DNA from: an uncultured Acidobacteriota bacterium
GTDB lineage: Bacteria; Acidobacteriota; Vicinamibacteria; Fen-336
Reading direction: 5' to 3'
Length of the DNA: 64,000 bases
Assembly: GCA_963720545.1 (NCBI GenBank)
Contig: OY970399.1
Span: forward strand, 2,336,001 to 2,400,000
Part shown: in pieces, positions 27,645 to 39,161 of the stretch
Numbering within the stretch: the first letter of the stretch is position 1
Layout of the letters: the number at the start of each line of letters is the position of its first letter
Position numbers and translations under genes: made by a program
Notes under the pieces: model-generated
The model's input: the letters and a program-made list of their open reading frames with translations, nothing else
The model's database searches: none
What the model was told of the DNA's origin: nothing

Positions 27645-28724
27645 GTGCCACGCACGTTCCTCATCGCCGCCGGCGGGACGGGCGGCCACCTGTTTCCCGG
27701 CATCGCCGTCGCCGACGAGCTGCGCCGCCGCCATCCCGATTGCGAAATCGCCTTCGCCGGCACCAGCCGCGGCCTCGAGACGCGGCTGGTGCCGCGCGCG
27801 GGCTATGCGCTGCGGGTGCTGCCGATCCTGCCGCTCAACGGCGTCGGCCTCGGCCGCTTCCTCCTCGGTGTGGCGGCGCTGCCGTTCGGCCTCGCCAGCG
27901 CGGCGCTGCTCGTGCTGCGCTCGCGGCCGGACGCGGTGCTGGGCGTCGGCGGCTATGCCGGCGGGCCGGTGGTGCTCGTCGCATCGCTCTTCGGGGCGCG
28001 CACGGTGATCCTCGAACCGAACGCGATTCCCGGCTTCACCAACCGCGTGCTGCGGCGCTTCGTCGACGCGGCCGCGTGCGCCTACCAGGAAACGACCGGC
28101 TTCTACGGGCGCAAGGCGCGTGTCACCGGCAACCCGGTGCGCAGCGCGTTCTTCGCGCCGGCTTCATCGACCGCGCCGGCCGCCGCGGGCACTGCGGCGC
28201 TGCTGGTGTTCGGCGGCTCGCAGGGTTCGCAGGTGCTGAACGACGCTGTGGTGGCTGCGCTCGGCGCGCTGCCGGGGGCCGAACGGCTGCAAATCGTCCA
28301 CCAGACCGGCGCGCGCATGCGCGATTCGGTCGCCGCCGCGTATGCGGCCGCGGACCGGCCGGCCGAGGTCGTGGCATTCCTCGACGACATGCCGCAGCGG
28401 CTGCGCCAGGCGGACCTCGTGGTGTCGCGCAGCGGCGCCACCACCTGCGCCGAGCTGTGTGCGGCGGGGCGGGCCGCGGTGCTGGTGCCGTTCGCGGCCG
28501 CCGCCGACGATCACCAGAAGACCAACGCGCTCGCGATGGTGCGCAAGGACGCGGCGCTGATGGTGGAAGAGAGCGATCTCGGCACCGGCGCCCTCGCGGC
28601 GCGCATCGCGGAACTGGTCGCCGCTCCCGAAGAGCGCGCGCGCCTCGCGCACAACGCTCGCGGCCTGGCGCGTCCCGATGCCGCTGCGCGTGTCGCCGAC
28701 CTGCTGGAGGACGCCGGTGTTTAG
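27645..28724 (+). CDS. murG: Lipid II GlcNAc transferase
   Basis: GGTGGH, GGY, TGNPVR, FGGSQGS, RSGATT, HQKTNA. Confidence 0.96.
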   Translation: MPRTFLIAAGGTGGHLFPGIAVADELRRRHPDCEIAFAGTSRGLETRLVPRAGYALRVLPILPLNGVGLGRFLLGVAALPFGLASAALLVLRSRPDAVLGVGGYAGGPVVLVASLFGARTVILEPNAIPGFTNRVLRRFVDAAACAYQETTGFYGRKARVTGNPVRSAFFAPASSTAPAAAGTAALLVFGGSQGSQVLNDAVVAALGALPGAERLQIVHQTGARMRDSVAAAYAAADRPAEVVAFLDDMPQRLRQADLVVSRSGATTCAELCAAGRAAVLVPFAAAADDHQKTNALAMVRKDAALMVEESDLGTGALAARIAELVAAPEERARLAHNARGLARPDAAARVADLLEDAGV

Positions 28725-30093
28725 GTCCTTCCAGCACGTGCACTTCGTCGGCATCGGCGGCGCCGGCATGAGCGGCATCGCCGAGGTGCTGCTGAACCTC
28801 GGCTACGTGGTCTCGGGCTCGGACCTGAAGCGCTCGGCGGTCACCGAGCGGCTCGCGGCACTCGGCGCGCGCGTCTACCAAGGCCATCGCGCAGAACAGG
28901 TGCAGGGCGCGCACGTGGTCGTCACCTCCACCGCGGCGCGCGCGGACAACGCCGAGATCGCCGCTGCCCGACAGCTCAATGTGCCGGTGATCCCGCGCGC
29001 CGAGATGCTCGCCGAGCTGATGCGCCTCAAGTACGGCATCGCGGTGGCCGGCAGCCACGGCAAGACCACCACCACCTCGATGGTGGCGCTGGTGCTCGAC
29101 AAGGGCGGGCTCGACCCGACGGTGGTGGTCGGCGGCGTCCTCAACGTGCTGGGCTCGGGCGCGCGGCTCGGCAAGGGCGACTACATGGTGGCGGAGGCCG
29201 ACGAATCGGACCGCTCCTTCCTCAAGCTCACGCCAACCCTCGCGGTGGTCACCAACATCGACCGCGAGCACCTCGACACCTACCGCGACCTGTCCGACAT
29301 CCAGGACGCATTCGTCGGCTTCGTGAACAAGGTGCCGTTCTACGGCACCGCCATCGTCTGCGCCGACGACCCGCCGGTGCGCGCGGTGCTGCCGCGCATC
29401 GAGCGCCGGGTCGTCACCTACGGGCTCTCGGCCGGCTGCCAAACCACGGCGCGCGACCTGCGCGCGGACGGCTTCGGCACGCGCTACACCTGCTCGTGGC
29501 AGGGCGAGACGCTGGGCGAGATCGAGATCCGCGTGCCCGGCGCGCACAACGTGCTCAACTCGCTGGCGGCCGTGGCCGTGGGCCTCGACCTCGATATTCC
29601 GTTCGCCGCGGTGCGCGACGGCCTGCAGGCCTTCACCGGCGTCGATCGCCGCTTCCAGGTGCGCGGCACGCAGAACGGCATCACGGTCATCGACGACTAC
29701 GGCCACCATCCCACGGAGATCCGCGCCACCTTGCAGGCACTGCGCATGCGCGCCGGCAAGGCGCGCACCGTGGTGCTGTTCCAGCCGCATCGCTTCACCC
29801 GCACGCAAGCGCTGTGGCAGGAGTTCTGCACCGCCTTCGCCGCCGCCGACGTGCTGCTGGTGACCGACATCTACCCGGCGAGCGAAGAGCCGATCGCGGG
29901 CATCGACGCGCGCGCGCTCGCGGCGGCGATCGCTGCCGGCGGCCACCGCGATGCGCGCTACGCCGGCGACCTCAAGGCGGCCACCGCGGCGCTGCGCGAG
30001 GAAGTGCGGGAAGGCGATTTCGTGTTGACGCTCGGCGCCGGCAGCGTCTCACGCGCCGGTGAAGAGGTGCTCAGGTCATGGACCCTGCGGTGA
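28717..30093 (+). CDS. murC: UDP-MurNAc:L-Ala ligase
   Basis: [42 protein letters not shown]. Confidence 0.96.
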   Translation: MFRSFQHVHFVGIGGAGMSGIAEVLLNLGYVVSGSDLKRSAVTERLAALGARVYQGHRAEQVQGAHVVVTSTAARADNAEIAAARQLNVPVIPRAEMLAELMRLKYGIAVAGSHGKTTTTSMVALVLDKGGLDPTVVVGGVLNVLGSGARLGKGDYMVAEADESDRSFLKLTPTLAVVTNIDREHLDTYRDLSDIQDAFVGFVNKVPFYGTAIVCADDPPVRAVLPRIERRVVTYGLSAGCQTTARDLRADGFGTRYTCSWQGETLGEIEIRVPGAHNVLNSLAAVAVGLDLDIPFAAVRDGLQAFTGVDRRFQVRGTQNGITVIDDYGHHPTEIRATLQALRMRAGKARTVVLFQPHRFTRTQALWQEFCTAFAAADVLLVTDIYPASEEPIAGIDARALAAAIAAGGHRDARYAGDLKAATAALREEVREGDFVLTLGAGSVSRAGEEVLRSWTLR

Positions 30094-30977
30094 GCGCCGC
30101 GTTGCGGGAGGCCGGCGTGCCGTTTCGCGAGCAGGAGCCGTTCGCCCGCCACACGACGATGGGCGTCGGCGGCCCGGCGGCTCTCATGGCCTTCCCGCGC
30201 TCGCGCGACGAACTGCGCAAGACGCTGCGCGTGCGCCGCGACTTCCAGGCGCCGCACCGCATCCTCGGCGGCGGTTCGAACCTGGTGGTGGTCGACGCCG
30301 GGCTCGACGAGCTGGTGGTGAACACGGAACACCTGAGCCGCGTCGAGCTGCACGACGACGGCTCGGTCAGCGCCGAGGGCGGCGCCAACGTGATCCGCAC
30401 CGTGGTGCGCTGCTGCCGCGCCGGCCTCAAGGGCGTGCAGAGTGCCGTCGGCATCCCCGGCTCGGTCGGCGGCGCCGCGGTGATGAACGCCGGCGCCTAC
30501 GGCTTCTCGATCAGCGACGTGATGACGCGCATCGAGGTGCTCGACGCGGACGGCGAGCAGGTGGCGCCGCCGCAGGGCTGGCAGTTCCACTACCGCGGCT
30601 CGACGATCCCCGAAGGCAACACCGTGGCGTCGATCACGCTCGCCCTGGAGAGAGCCGACCCGGCGCCGCTCGCAGCGGAGATTCGCGAGCTGCAGATGCA
30701 GCGCGTGCGCAGCCAGCCGCGCGGCCGCAACGCCGGCTGCGTCTTCAAGAACCCCGCGGGGGCCTCGGCCGGGCGCATCCTCGATCAGGTGGGCCTCAAG
30801 GGCACGCGCCGCGGCCATGCGGTGATCAGCGACCAGCACGCGAACTTCGTGGTCAACGAGGGTGGCGCCACCGCCGCCGAGGTCCTCGAGCTCGTGGACC
30901 TCGCGCGCGACAAGGCGCGCGCCGACGCGGGCATCGCGCTCGAGATGGAAGTCAGGGTCTGGAGGCCGCGCGCATGA
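30078..30977 (+). CDS. murB: UDP-N-acetylenolpyruvoylglucosamine reductase
   Basis: [32 protein letters not shown]. Confidence 0.95.
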   Translation: MDPAVSAALREAGVPFREQEPFARHTTMGVGGPAALMAFPRSRDELRKTLRVRRDFQAPHRILGGGSNLVVVDAGLDELVVNTEHLSRVELHDDGSVSAEGGANVIRTVVRCCRAGLKGVQSAVGIPGSVGGAAVMNAGAYGFSISDVMTRIEVLDADGEQVAPPQGWQFHYRGSTIPEGNTVASITLALERADPAPLAAEIRELQMQRVRSQPRGRNAGCVFKNPAGASAGRILDQVGLKGTRRGHAVISDQHANFVVNEGGATAAEVLELVDLARDKARADAGIALEMEVRVWRPRA

Positions 30978-31933
30978 GCGAGCCGGTCCAGAAGAAGCTC
31001 GCCTTCAGCGCCGCGGCCAGGCCGCGGGTGCGCCCGCTGAAGACTCCGGACACGGAAGCCAGCGGCGGCAACGACGACGCGCCGTTCCTGCGGCCGAAGA
31101 CCCGCATGCGCGTGCGCCGCGGCCGCCGCTCGCTGGCGGCGCGGGTGTTGCTGGGCGCGCAGCTGCTGGCGGCCGTGCTGATCACCGTCGCCGGCACCTG
31201 GTATGCGGTGCAGTCGGTGCTGCACAGCGAGCGGCTCAAGGTGCGGCGCCTGCTGGTGCGCGGCAATCACTACCTTTCCGATGGGGAAGTGCGCGAGCTG
31301 CTGGGCCCGGCGCTCGGCGAGAACATCCTGGCGCTCGACATCGCCGAAGCGCGCGGGCGCCTCGACGCCTCGCCGTGGGTCGCCGCGGCCACCATCCGCC
31401 GCAGCCTGCCGAACGGCCTGCAGGTCGAGATCGTCGAGCGCCATCCAGTGGCCCTCGCCGAGATCGACCAGCTGTACCTGATGGACGGCGACGGCACGCT
31501 CATCGACATCTACGGCCCGCGCACTTCCGAGTTCGACCTGCCGGTGGTGCGCGGCCTCAGCGGCATCTCGGTCGAGGCGCGCGGCTGGCGCGCGGAACGC
31601 GCCGGCGCCCTGCTCGCCGACCTCGGCGAGAAGGCCGACGAGATCTCCGAAGTGACCGTCGAGCCGAGCGGCGACCTGCGCGCGGTGCTGCGCGGCAGCC
31701 AGGTGGTGCTGCGCCTCGGGGCGCCGCCCTACCTGCGGCGCTTCGAGCGCTTCCTCGCGCTGCGCGACGAACTCTTGGAGCGCACGCCGAACGCCGAGTA
31801 CTTCGACCTTCGTTTTCGTGACCGGATCCTCGCCAAGCTGCCCTCCGCCGGGGCGGTCGCCGCGGTCTTCGGAGCGCACGGCTCCCTGACCCCGGCGTCG
31901 CTCGGGCAAGCGCTGGCGCCGATACCGGATTGA
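30974..31933 (+). CDS. ftsQ: Cell division protein FtsQ/DivIB
   Basis: Basic N-tail, single TM, POTRA (PWV..ATIRR.LP..L.V.I.ER.P), YFDLRF. Confidence 0.92.
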   Translation: MSEPVQKKLAFSAAARPRVRPLKTPDTEASGGNDDAPFLRPKTRMRVRRGRRSLAARVLLGAQLLAAVLITVAGTWYAVQSVLHSERLKVRRLLVRGNHYLSDGEVRELLGPALGENILALDIAEARGRLDASPWVAAATIRRSLPNGLQVEIVERHPVALAEIDQLYLMDGDGTLIDIYGPRTSEFDLPVVRGLSGISVEARGWRAERAGALLADLGEKADEISEVTVEPSGDLRAVLRGSQVVLRLGAPPYLRRFERFLALRDELLERTPNAEYFDLRFRDRILAKLPSAGAVAAVFGAHGSLTPASLGQALAPIPD

Positions 31934-31965
31934 AGCGCACTCGCAATGCGGGGAGGCAAAGAGCA

Positions 31966-33213
31966 GTGACCAGGAAAAAAGACCGCTACATAGTCGGACT
32001 CGACATCGGCACCCACAAGGTGTCGGCGATCGTCGCCGAGATCAGCGACGACTCGCGCCTCGACGTCATCGGCACCGGCCAGGCCGAGTCGAAGGGCCTG
32101 CGCAAGGGCGTCGTCATCAACCTCGAGGCCACCGTCGACTCGATCAAGCGCGTGGTCGAGGAAGCGGAGCTGATGGCCGGTGTCGAGATCGGTTCGGCCT
32201 ACGTCGGCATCGCCGGCACCCACATCCGCGGCTTCAACTCGCGCGGCGTGGTGGCGGTGAACAGCAAGAACCGCATCATCACCATGGACGACGTGCGCCG
32301 TTCGATCGAGGCCGCCAAGGCGGTGTCGATCCCGGTGGACCGCGAGATCCTGCACGTGCTGCCGCAGGAGTTCGTGGTCGACGACCAGGACGGCATCGGC
32401 GACCCCACCGGCATGACCGGCACGCGCCTCGAGGTGAACGTGCACATCGTCACCTGCTCGCAGACCGCGGCGCAGAACACCATCACCTGCGTCAACCGCG
32501 CCGGCCTCGAGGTGATCGACACCGTGCTCACCCAGATCGCCGCGGCCGAGGCGTGCATCACCGCGGACGAGAAGGAGCTGGGTGTGGCGCTCGTCGACAT
32601 CGGCGGCGGCACCACCGACATCGCCATCTTCGAGAAGGGCTCGCTGTGGCACACCGCGGTGCTGCAGGTGGGCGGCGAGCACTTCACCAACGACGTGGCG
32701 GTGGCGCTGCGCACGCCGGTGAGCGAGGCCGAGAAGATCAAGAAGAAGCACGGCTGCGCGCTCACCTCGATGGTCAGCGAGGAGGACTCGATCGAGGTGC
32801 CGACGGTCGGCGGCCGCAAGCCGCGCATCATGGCGCGCCAGGTGCTGGGCGACGTCATCCAGGCGCGCGCCGAGGAGCTGTGCCAGATGATCCTCACCGA
32901 GATCCGCCGTGCCGGCTTCGACCGCTCGCTGAACAGCGGTGTGGTGCTGACCGGCGGCGGCGCCATCCTCGACGGCCTGCCGGAACTGGCCGAGCAGATC
33001 TTCGACATGCCGGTGCGGCGCGGCACGCCGTCCGGGGTCGGCGGCCTGCTCGACATCGTCTCGAACCCCACCTGTTCGACGGCCGTCGGGCTGGTGCTGA
33101 GCGGCTATCGCAACCGCCTCGGCCGCAGCCTGCAGTCGAGCCGCCCGGCCGCCACCGGCACTTTCGGCAAGATGACCGGGCGCATCAAAGAACTGCTCGC
33201 GGACTTTTTCTGA
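31966..33213 (+). CDS. ftsA: Cell division protein FtsA
   Basis: GLDIGT, DIGGGTT, VLTGGG, amphipathic C-terminal helix ending ADFF. Confidence 0.96.
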   Translation: MTRKKDRYIVGLDIGTHKVSAIVAEISDDSRLDVIGTGQAESKGLRKGVVINLEATVDSIKRVVEEAELMAGVEIGSAYVGIAGTHIRGFNSRGVVAVNSKNRIITMDDVRRSIEAAKAVSIPVDREILHVLPQEFVVDDQDGIGDPTGMTGTRLEVNVHIVTCSQTAAQNTITCVNRAGLEVIDTVLTQIAAAEACITADEKELGVALVDIGGGTTDIAIFEKGSLWHTAVLQVGGEHFTNDVAVALRTPVSEAEKIKKKHGCALTSMVSEEDSIEVPTVGGRKPRIMARQVLGDVIQARAEELCQMILTEIRRAGFDRSLNSGVVLTGGGAILDGLPELAEQIFDMPVRRGTPSGVGGLLDIVSNPTCSTAVGLVLSGYRNRLGRSLQSSRPAATGTFGKMTGRIKELLADFF

Positions 33214-33419
33214 TGAGGAGAGCAATCGACAGCCGCCGCAGCGAAGGCGTGGCGTTCCCGCCGCTGCCTGCCGTTCTCGCTTCAACCAGCCGCAAGACGC
33301 CGCTCGGGCGCGCCGTTGCCCGCCTGTGCGCGTGCTGCGGCCAGTCGCTTCTGACGTCCCATCGCGGCGGTTTCTGCCCGCGATGCGGTTTCATGACGGA
33401 TTCAGTGGAGGGCGCCTAG
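33213..33419 (+). CDS. Small putative Zn-ribbon protein (68 aa) between ftsA and ftsZ
   Basis: TGATG coupling to ftsA; CACCG-x11-CPRCG; stop 2 nt before the ftsZ ATG. Confidence 0.55.
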   Translation: MRRAIDSRRSEGVAFPPLPAVLASTSRKTPLGRAVARLCACCGQSLLTSHRGGFCPRCGFMTDSVEGA

Positions 33420-33421
33420 AG

Positions 33422-34630
33422 ATGAAGATGCATGAAGACAATCCCAACCGGATCACTTTCGCCGACGATCCCGAAACCCGCGGCGCCAAGATCAAGGTGG
33501 TGGGCGTGGGCGGTGGCGGCGGCAACGCCGTGAGCCGCATGATCGCCTCCGGCCTGCAGGGGGTCGAGTTCCTGGTGGTCAACTCCGACCTGCAGGCGCT
33601 GCACGGCAACAAGGCGCCGCAGAAGATCCAGATCGGCAGCAAGCTGACCAAGGGCCTCGGCGCCGGCGCCAACCCCGAGGTCGGCCGGCAGTCGGCGATC
33701 GAGGACACCGAGAAGATCTGCGACGCGCTCGAGGGCTCCGACATGGTGTTCATCACCGCGGGCCTCGGCGGCGGCACCGGCACCGGCGCCGCGCCGGTGA
33801 TCGCTTCCATCGCCTCGCAGCTCGGCGGCGACAACGGCGGCGCGCTGACGGTGGCGGTGGTGACGCTGCCCTTCGCCCTCGAAGGCAAGCGCCGCATGAC
33901 CCAGGCGCTCGACGGCCTGGCGGCGCTCAAGGAGTGCGTCGACTCGGTGATCGCGATCCCGAACGACCGCCTGCTGCAGACGGTCGCGCGCAACACGCCG
34001 GTGACCGAGGCGTTCCGCGTCGCCGACGACGTGCTGCGCCAGGCGGTGCAGGGCATCAGCGACATCATCACCGTGCCCGGCCAGATCAACCTCGACTTCG
34101 CCGACGTGCGCGCGGTGATGAAGGGCATGGGCCAGGCGGTGATGGGCACCGGCATCGGCGAGGGCGAGAACCGGGCGCTCGAGGCGGCGCAGCGCGCCAT
34201 CTCGAACCCGCTCCTCGAAGACAGCTCGATCGAGGGCGCGCGCGGCATCATCGTCAACATCACCGGCGGTCCGGACCTGTCGCTGTCCGAAGCCGCCGAT
34301 GCCACCGCGCTCATCACCAAGGTGGCCGACCCCGAGGCCAACATCATTTACGGCATCGTCACCGACGAAGCCATGGGCGATGCGGTCAAGGTGACGGTGA
34401 TCGCCACCGGCTTCAGCAAGAGCGTGCGCCGCGTGCCGTCTACGCCCGTGGACCTCACCAACTTCGTCGGCGCCGCGGCGGCCGCCGCCGCTGCGGACTT
34501 GCCGGCGGCCGATCCCGCCGGGTTCTACCGCAAGACCCCGCAGCCGCAGGCGGCCGCGGGCGGCGGCGGCCGCTTCGACCTCAACGTGCCCGCATTCCTG
34601 CGCAAGCAGGGCGGCGGCAGCGGCGAGTAG
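33422..34630 (+). CDS. ftsZ: Cell division protein FtsZ
   Basis: [33 protein letters not shown]-terminal peptide [17 protein letters not shown] upstream. Confidence 0.97.
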   Translation: MKMHEDNPNRITFADDPETRGAKIKVVGVGGGGGNAVSRMIASGLQGVEFLVVNSDLQALHGNKAPQKIQIGSKLTKGLGAGANPEVGRQSAIEDTEKICDALEGSDMVFITAGLGGGTGTGAAPVIASIASQLGGDNGGALTVAVVTLPFALEGKRRMTQALDGLAALKECVDSVIAIPNDRLLQTVARNTPVTEAFRVADDVLRQAVQGISDIITVPGQINLDFADVRAVMKGMGQAVMGTGIGEGENRALEAAQRAISNPLLEDSSIEGARGIIVNITGGPDLSLSEAADATALITKVADPEANIIYGIVTDEAMGDAVKVTVIATGFSKSVRRVPSTPVDLTNFVGAAAAAAAADLPAADPAGFYRKTPQPQAAAGGGGRFDLNVPAFLRKQGGGSGE

Positions 34631-36028
34631 CTACTTCCCGGTCTTCGCGGGTGCCTGCGGCAGGCGCTCCGGCAGCTCGGCGATCACGTAGGCCATGACG
34701 GCCATGGTGGCTGCGGAAGCGGCCACCTCCGCCGGGTCGAGCTGGTTGAGCGTGTCGGCCTGCGTGTGGTGCAGGAGAAAGTAGCGCGCGCCGTCCACGT
34801 CGAGCGACAGCGACGGCAGGTTCTGCTCCTTCACGATCGGGCCGATGTCGGCGCCGCCGCCCTGCACCGCGACCTCGGTGGCGGCGATCGGTGCCAAAAG
34901 CGCCGCGATCTCGCGCACCGTTGCGCGCGCGGCATCGCTGCCGGTGAAGCCGACGCCCACCGGCTTGAAGACGCCGGAGTCCGACTCGAGTGCCGCGACG
35001 TGGGTTTCGCCCTGGTGCGCATCCTTGTAGGCGGTGCCGCCGCGCAGGCCGTTCTCCTCGTTCGTGAACAGCACCACGCGGATCGTGCGGCGCGGGCGCA
35101 GGTTGAGCGACTTCAGGACGCGCACCGCTTCCCAGGCGGCCATGCTGCCGCCGCCATCGTCCATGGCGCCGACGCCGACGTCCCACGAATCGATGTGGCC
35201 GCCGATCACCACCACCTCGTCCGGCTTCTCGCGGCCGCGCCATTCCGCCACCACGTTCGCCGACTCCGAATCGGGCAGGAACTTCGCTTCCATCTTCAGG
35301 GTCACCACGACCTTCTGCTTGCGGTCGAGGATGCGCTGGATGCGGTCGGCATCCTCCACGGGAATCGCCGCCGCCGGAATCTGCGGCTGGTCCTTGTCGT
35401 AGTTCATGCCGCCGGTGTGCGCGGTGCGCAGGCCGGGCAGCCCCACCGAGCGCAGCAGCATGGCAACGGCGCCCTTTTGCGCCGCTTGCGAAGCGCCGCC
35501 GCCGCGATACTTCACGGTTTCGCCGTAGTTCGTGAACGGCACGTTGAAGAGCACGATGCGGCCCTTGACCTCGGCCGCGCGCGCCTCGAGCTCCTCGTAG
35601 CTGCGCACCGCGACGACCTCTCCGGTGATGCCCGCTGCCGGCGTGCCGATGCTGTTGCCAAGACCCAGGAGCACGAGCGGCCCGCCCGCCGGCTCCACCA
35701 GTTCCAGGCTTTCCGCGCCGCGCACCCACGCCGGCACCATCACCGGCTCGAGGCGCACGTTCTCGAGCCCGTCCTTCTTCATCTGGTCCGCGCACCAGCG
35801 AATCGCCGCCTCGAGCCGCGCCGAACCGGACAGCCGGTTGCCGAAGGTGTCGGTCAGCTCGGCGAGCCGTTGCCACGCCTTGCCGTCCTTTGCCGCGGCG
35901 ATGATGCGCCCGGCCGCGTCACGATAGGACGCGACGTCCTGTGCCTGCGCACCGGATGCGAAGAGGCCCAGTGCGCAAGCCGTGGCAACCGCGCCGCGTC
36001 CGTGTCGTTCCCAAGACGTGTGGCTCAT
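34631..36028 (-). CDS. M28 family peptidase with PA domain (carboxypeptidase Q-like), secreted
   Basis: GGHIDSWD, GAMDDG, TNEENG, ESDSG, HHTQAD; signal peptide. Confidence 0.88.
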   Translation of the reverse strand: MSHTSWERHGRGAVATACALGLFASGAQAQDVASYRDAAGRIIAAAKDGKAWQRLAELTDTFGNRLSGSARLEAAIRWCADQMKKDGLENVRLEPVMVPAWVRGAESLELVEPAGGPLVLLGLGNSIGTPAAGITGEVVAVRSYEELEARAAEVKGRIVLFNVPFTNYGETVKYRGGGASQAAQKGAVAMLLRSVGLPGLRTAHTGGMNYDKDQPQIPAAAIPVEDADRIQRILDRKQKVVVTLKMEAKFLPDSESANVVAEWRGREKPDEVVVIGGHIDSWDVGVGAMDDGGGSMAAWEAVRVLKSLNLRPRRTIRVVLFTNEENGLRGGTAYKDAHQGETHVAALESDSGVFKPVGVGFTGSDAARATVREIAALLAPIAATEVAVQGGGADIGPIVKEQNLPSLSLDVDGARYFLLHHTQADTLNQLDPAEVAASAATMAVMAYVIAELPERLPQAPAKTGK

Positions 36029-37089
36029 CCTTGCCCTCTGATTCCTTTCCAGGCCCGTTCGACGATGGTCGTAATGGTGAAGACCCAATCTTCATCCATT
36101 TGTGGGTTTCGTTCCGCCCAGGGTCCGGTGCGCAGGTCGTCGAACGTAAGGTTCTTCTGGATCCAGTCGAGCGGCCGGCCCTCACGGACGCTCGCTTCCA
36201 CGCTCGTCACCACCGCCTCCAGCAACGCGCGCACCTGCCGCACGTAGGAGTGGTCGCGCATCACCGGACCATGGCCGGGGACGAGGGCGCTCACCGGGAT
36301 CGCCTCCAGCGACCGCAGCACGGAGATCCAGGGCAGCGGCCACGAGGCGCCGGTGTAGGGGAATGGCGATTGCACCACGATGTCGCCGGTGAACAGGATC
36401 TTCTCGGCCGGCAGGTAGACGGTGGCATCGTGCGGGCTGTTGGCCGGCCCCCAATCCTTGACGAGCACCGTCCGCCCGCCGAGGTCGAGCGTCAGTTCCT
36501 GGTCAAGGACGCGCTCGGGCCGCACCACCGTCAGATGCGCCAACTCGTCGAGCTCGCCCCGCCGCTGCACGGCGAACGCAGCCTTTTTCGCATCCTTGCC
36601 CGCTGCCGCCTCGGCTTCGAGCGCCGCCAGGGAAGCGCGCCGCGATGAGCCGTCTGCCGTGCTGAAGCGGCTCCAGTAGCGGCTGTTGATGTCGATGAAG
36701 CGCGCGGTGTCGCGCTGCGCCACCACTTCGATGCCGGGGAAGGCCTCGCGATACGCGATCGTGCCGTTGTTGTGATCCATGTGCCAGTGGGTGATGACCA
36801 GGTAGTCCACGGGCTTCTGCGTGACCTGGCGGATGAGCGCGATGTCTTTCACCGCCCGCGAAGGCAGGTAGCACGAGTCGATTACCAGCACTGCGTGCGT
36901 GCCGATGACGACACCGGTGTTGCCGTGCGGCCACTCGTCGGTGGCATCGTCGTGCAGCACCGCGTAAACGCCGTCGGCGAGGCGCTGCATGCGCGCGCCG
37001 CTGTCCTTCACCTCCGGCTCCGCCCAGGCGGCGGTGGCGACGAACGCCGTGGCAAGAAACGCGAGCGGCAGGCTTCTCTTGATTTTCAT
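36025..37089 (-). CDS. Metallo-beta-lactamase fold hydrolase, secreted
   Basis: THWHMDH, FTGD, VPGHG; signal peptide. Confidence 0.85.
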   Translation of the reverse strand: MKIKRSLPLAFLATAFVATAAWAEPEVKDSGARMQRLADGVYAVLHDDATDEWPHGNTGVVIGTHAVLVIDSCYLPSRAVKDIALIRQVTQKPVDYLVITHWHMDHNNGTIAYREAFPGIEVVAQRDTARFIDINSRYWSRFSTADGSSRRASLAALEAEAAAGKDAKKAAFAVQRRGELDELAHLTVVRPERVLDQELTLDLGGRTVLVKDWGPANSPHDATVYLPAEKILFTGDIVVQSPFPYTGASWPLPWISVLRSLEAIPVSALVPGHGPVMRDHSYVRQVRALLEAVVTSVEASVREGRPLDWIQKNLTFDDLRTGPWAERNPQMDEDWVFTITTIVERAWKGIRGQG

Positions 37090-37179
37090 TGCGGCGATGC
37101 TAGCTGCGCCGGCCCTGCGCGCCGCATGGTTCAATGCGCTGAAGCGCGCGCGCTGCCGCCGAACGCCGCGAGCAGTTCG

Positions 37180-37449
37180 TCACGGGTCGGACCGGTGGGG
37201 CCGATATGAGCGGCGAAGCGCTCGAACCCGGCGCGGTCGCCTTGCTGCAGGGCCCGCACCGCGGCCACAAGATGGGCCGTCTCGCCCAACCGGCACGGCA
37301 GTTGCGGCGGCTTCGCCCAGCGCCGATGTCAGCTGCGCCACGTAGAAGGCATCGTCCCAACCCGTCAGCGTCGGCTGCCGGCAGATCGTGAACATCGCCA
37401 GGACTGCGATGAGAAAGACCGAATGCCGCCGCATGGCTCCTGAGCCCAT
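37180..37449 (-). pseudogene. Possible remnant of a membrane (GT-C-like) protein
   Basis: Hydrophobic N-terminus then GWDDAFYVAQLTS, after which the frame decays to low-complexity sequence. Confidence 0.25.
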
Positions 37450-37470
37450 GGGCCCTCCTATGACATCATT

Positions 37471-37932
37471 ATGCCGCCCATGTCAGAGCCGCTGGTAGAC
37501 GTCGTCAAGGTCATGGACGAGATCCGCGCGGCGATCCGCCGCAAGCGCGAGGCGGGCTATTACAGCGACGAGGAAGTCGAGGACCTCGCCAACCTGCGCG
37601 CCCGCTCGTGGGGCGAGGCGGCCGGCATCGATGCGGCACTCCTCGGCCAGATCCTGCACCCGAGCCACGACTGGAACGTGTCGCCCGCCTACAAGGTCGA
37701 GTCGCATCGCGGCGGCGCCTTTGGCGCGCTCAGCGTGGCGCTGAAGAAGCTGGTCAGCCCGTTCGTGCGGCTCTACACCGACCATGTCACGAGCCGCCAG
37801 GCGCAGATCAACCTCTACCTCTTTTACGTCCTCAAGAACACCCTGCTGGAGCAGACCCGCCTGCAGTTCGAGGTGCGCGCGCTGCGCGCTCAGCTGGAAG
37901 CGCGCGACAGCCGGCAGCCGCCGCGGCCTTAA
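37471..37932 (+). CDS. Hypothetical protein associated with surface-glycan glycosyltransferase
   Basis: VMDEIR N-terminus, KKLV.PFVR..RQAQIN, C-terminal coiled coil; operonic with GT4. Confidence 0.7.
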   Translation: MPPMSEPLVDVVKVMDEIRAAIRRKREAGYYSDEEVEDLANLRARSWGEAAGIDAALLGQILHPSHDWNVSPAYKVESHRGGAFGALSVALKKLVSPFVRLYTDHVTSRQAQINLYLFYVLKNTLLEQTRLQFEVRALRAQLEARDSRQPPRP

Positions 37933-37939
37933 GAAGAAG

Positions 37940-39109
37940 ATGAAGATCGCGATCGTCGTACAGAGGTACGGCGAAGAGGTGGTGGGCGGCGCGGAGCTGC
38001 ACGCGCGCTGGATCGCCGAACACCTCGCCGAGCGCCACGACGTCGAGGTGCTGACCACTTGTGCCCTCGACTACCTCACCTGGGCGAACGAGTACGACGC
38101 GGGGCTCAGCAGCGTGCGCGAGGTGGCGGTGCGGCGCTTCGCGGTGGCGGAGCAGCGGGTTGCCGCACGCTTCGACCCGCTCACCGCGCGCGTGCATCTC
38201 GGCGCCCACAGCGATGCCGACGAGCGCGCCTGGATGGACGAGCACGGCCCGCGCACGCCGGCGCTGCTCGAGCACATTCGCAGGCACGGTACCGACTACG
38301 CCGCGTTCTTGTTCTTTTCCTACCGGTACTGGACTACTTTCCACGGCCTGCCGATCGTCGCCAGGAACGCCATCCTGGCACCCACCGCGGAAGCGGACCA
38401 GACCGTCCATCTGCGCCTCTTCAAGCCGTTCTTTCGCCTGCCCGCGGCCTACGCCTTCAACACCCCCGAAGAACGCGAGCTGCTGCTGAGCGCCGCCGCC
38501 GAGAAGTCGCTGCCCGGCGAGGTGGTGGGCGTCGGCATCGACGAGGCGCGTGCCACCCCGGAAGCCGACCTGCGCCGCCGCCTCGACCTGCCGAAGCAGT
38601 TCATCGCCTACGTCGGCCGCATCGAGAAGGCGAAGGGCTGCGACCGCCTGTTCGCCGACTACATCCGCTTCGCGCACGAGGAGACGAACGCGCCCGCGCT
38701 GGTGCTCGTCGGCAAGCCGGTCCTGCCCATACCGAACCACCGCGGCATCGTCCACCTCGGCGTGCTGAGCGACGCCGACAAGCTCGGGATCATCCGCGCG
38801 AGCCGGCTGCTGGTGCAGCCGAGCCCCTTCGAGAGCCTGTCGATGGTGTTGCTCGAGGCGTGGAAGATGGGCCGGCCCGCCCTCGTGAACGGCCGCTGCG
38901 ACGTCATGCGCGGCCAGGCCCAGCGCGCCAACGGCGGGCTTTACTACTCCTCTTATATGGAGTTCGCCGAGTGCCTGCGCTACCTCTTGGCAAACCCCCA
39001 AGCCGCTGAATCGATGGGGTTTGCTGGCGAGGCGTACATGAACGCCAACTACGACTGGGGCGTCGTCATGGCGAAGTACGAGAGGCTGCTCGAGATCGCC
39101 GCCCGCTAG
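37940..39109 (+). CDS. Glycosyltransferase family 4
   Basis: QRYG..VGGAE, YVGRIEKAKG, PSPFESLSMVLLEAW. Confidence 0.9.
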   Translation: MKIAIVVQRYGEEVVGGAELHARWIAEHLAERHDVEVLTTCALDYLTWANEYDAGLSSVREVAVRRFAVAEQRVAARFDPLTARVHLGAHSDADERAWMDEHGPRTPALLEHIRRHGTDYAAFLFFSYRYWTTFHGLPIVARNAILAPTAEADQTVHLRLFKPFFRLPAAYAFNTPEERELLLSAAAEKSLPGEVVGVGIDEARATPEADLRRRLDLPKQFIAYVGRIEKAKGCDRLFADYIRFAHEETNAPALVLVGKPVLPIPNHRGIVHLGVLSDADKLGIIRASRLLVQPSPFESLSMVLLEAWKMGRPALVNGRCDVMRGQAQRANGGLYYSSYMEFAECLRYLLANPQAAESMGFAGEAYMNANYDWGVVMAKYERLLEIAAR

Positions 39110-39161
39110 AGACACCGCGGGCAATCGCGTCCTTGCCGCTAAACTGTTGAGTGGCAAGCCA

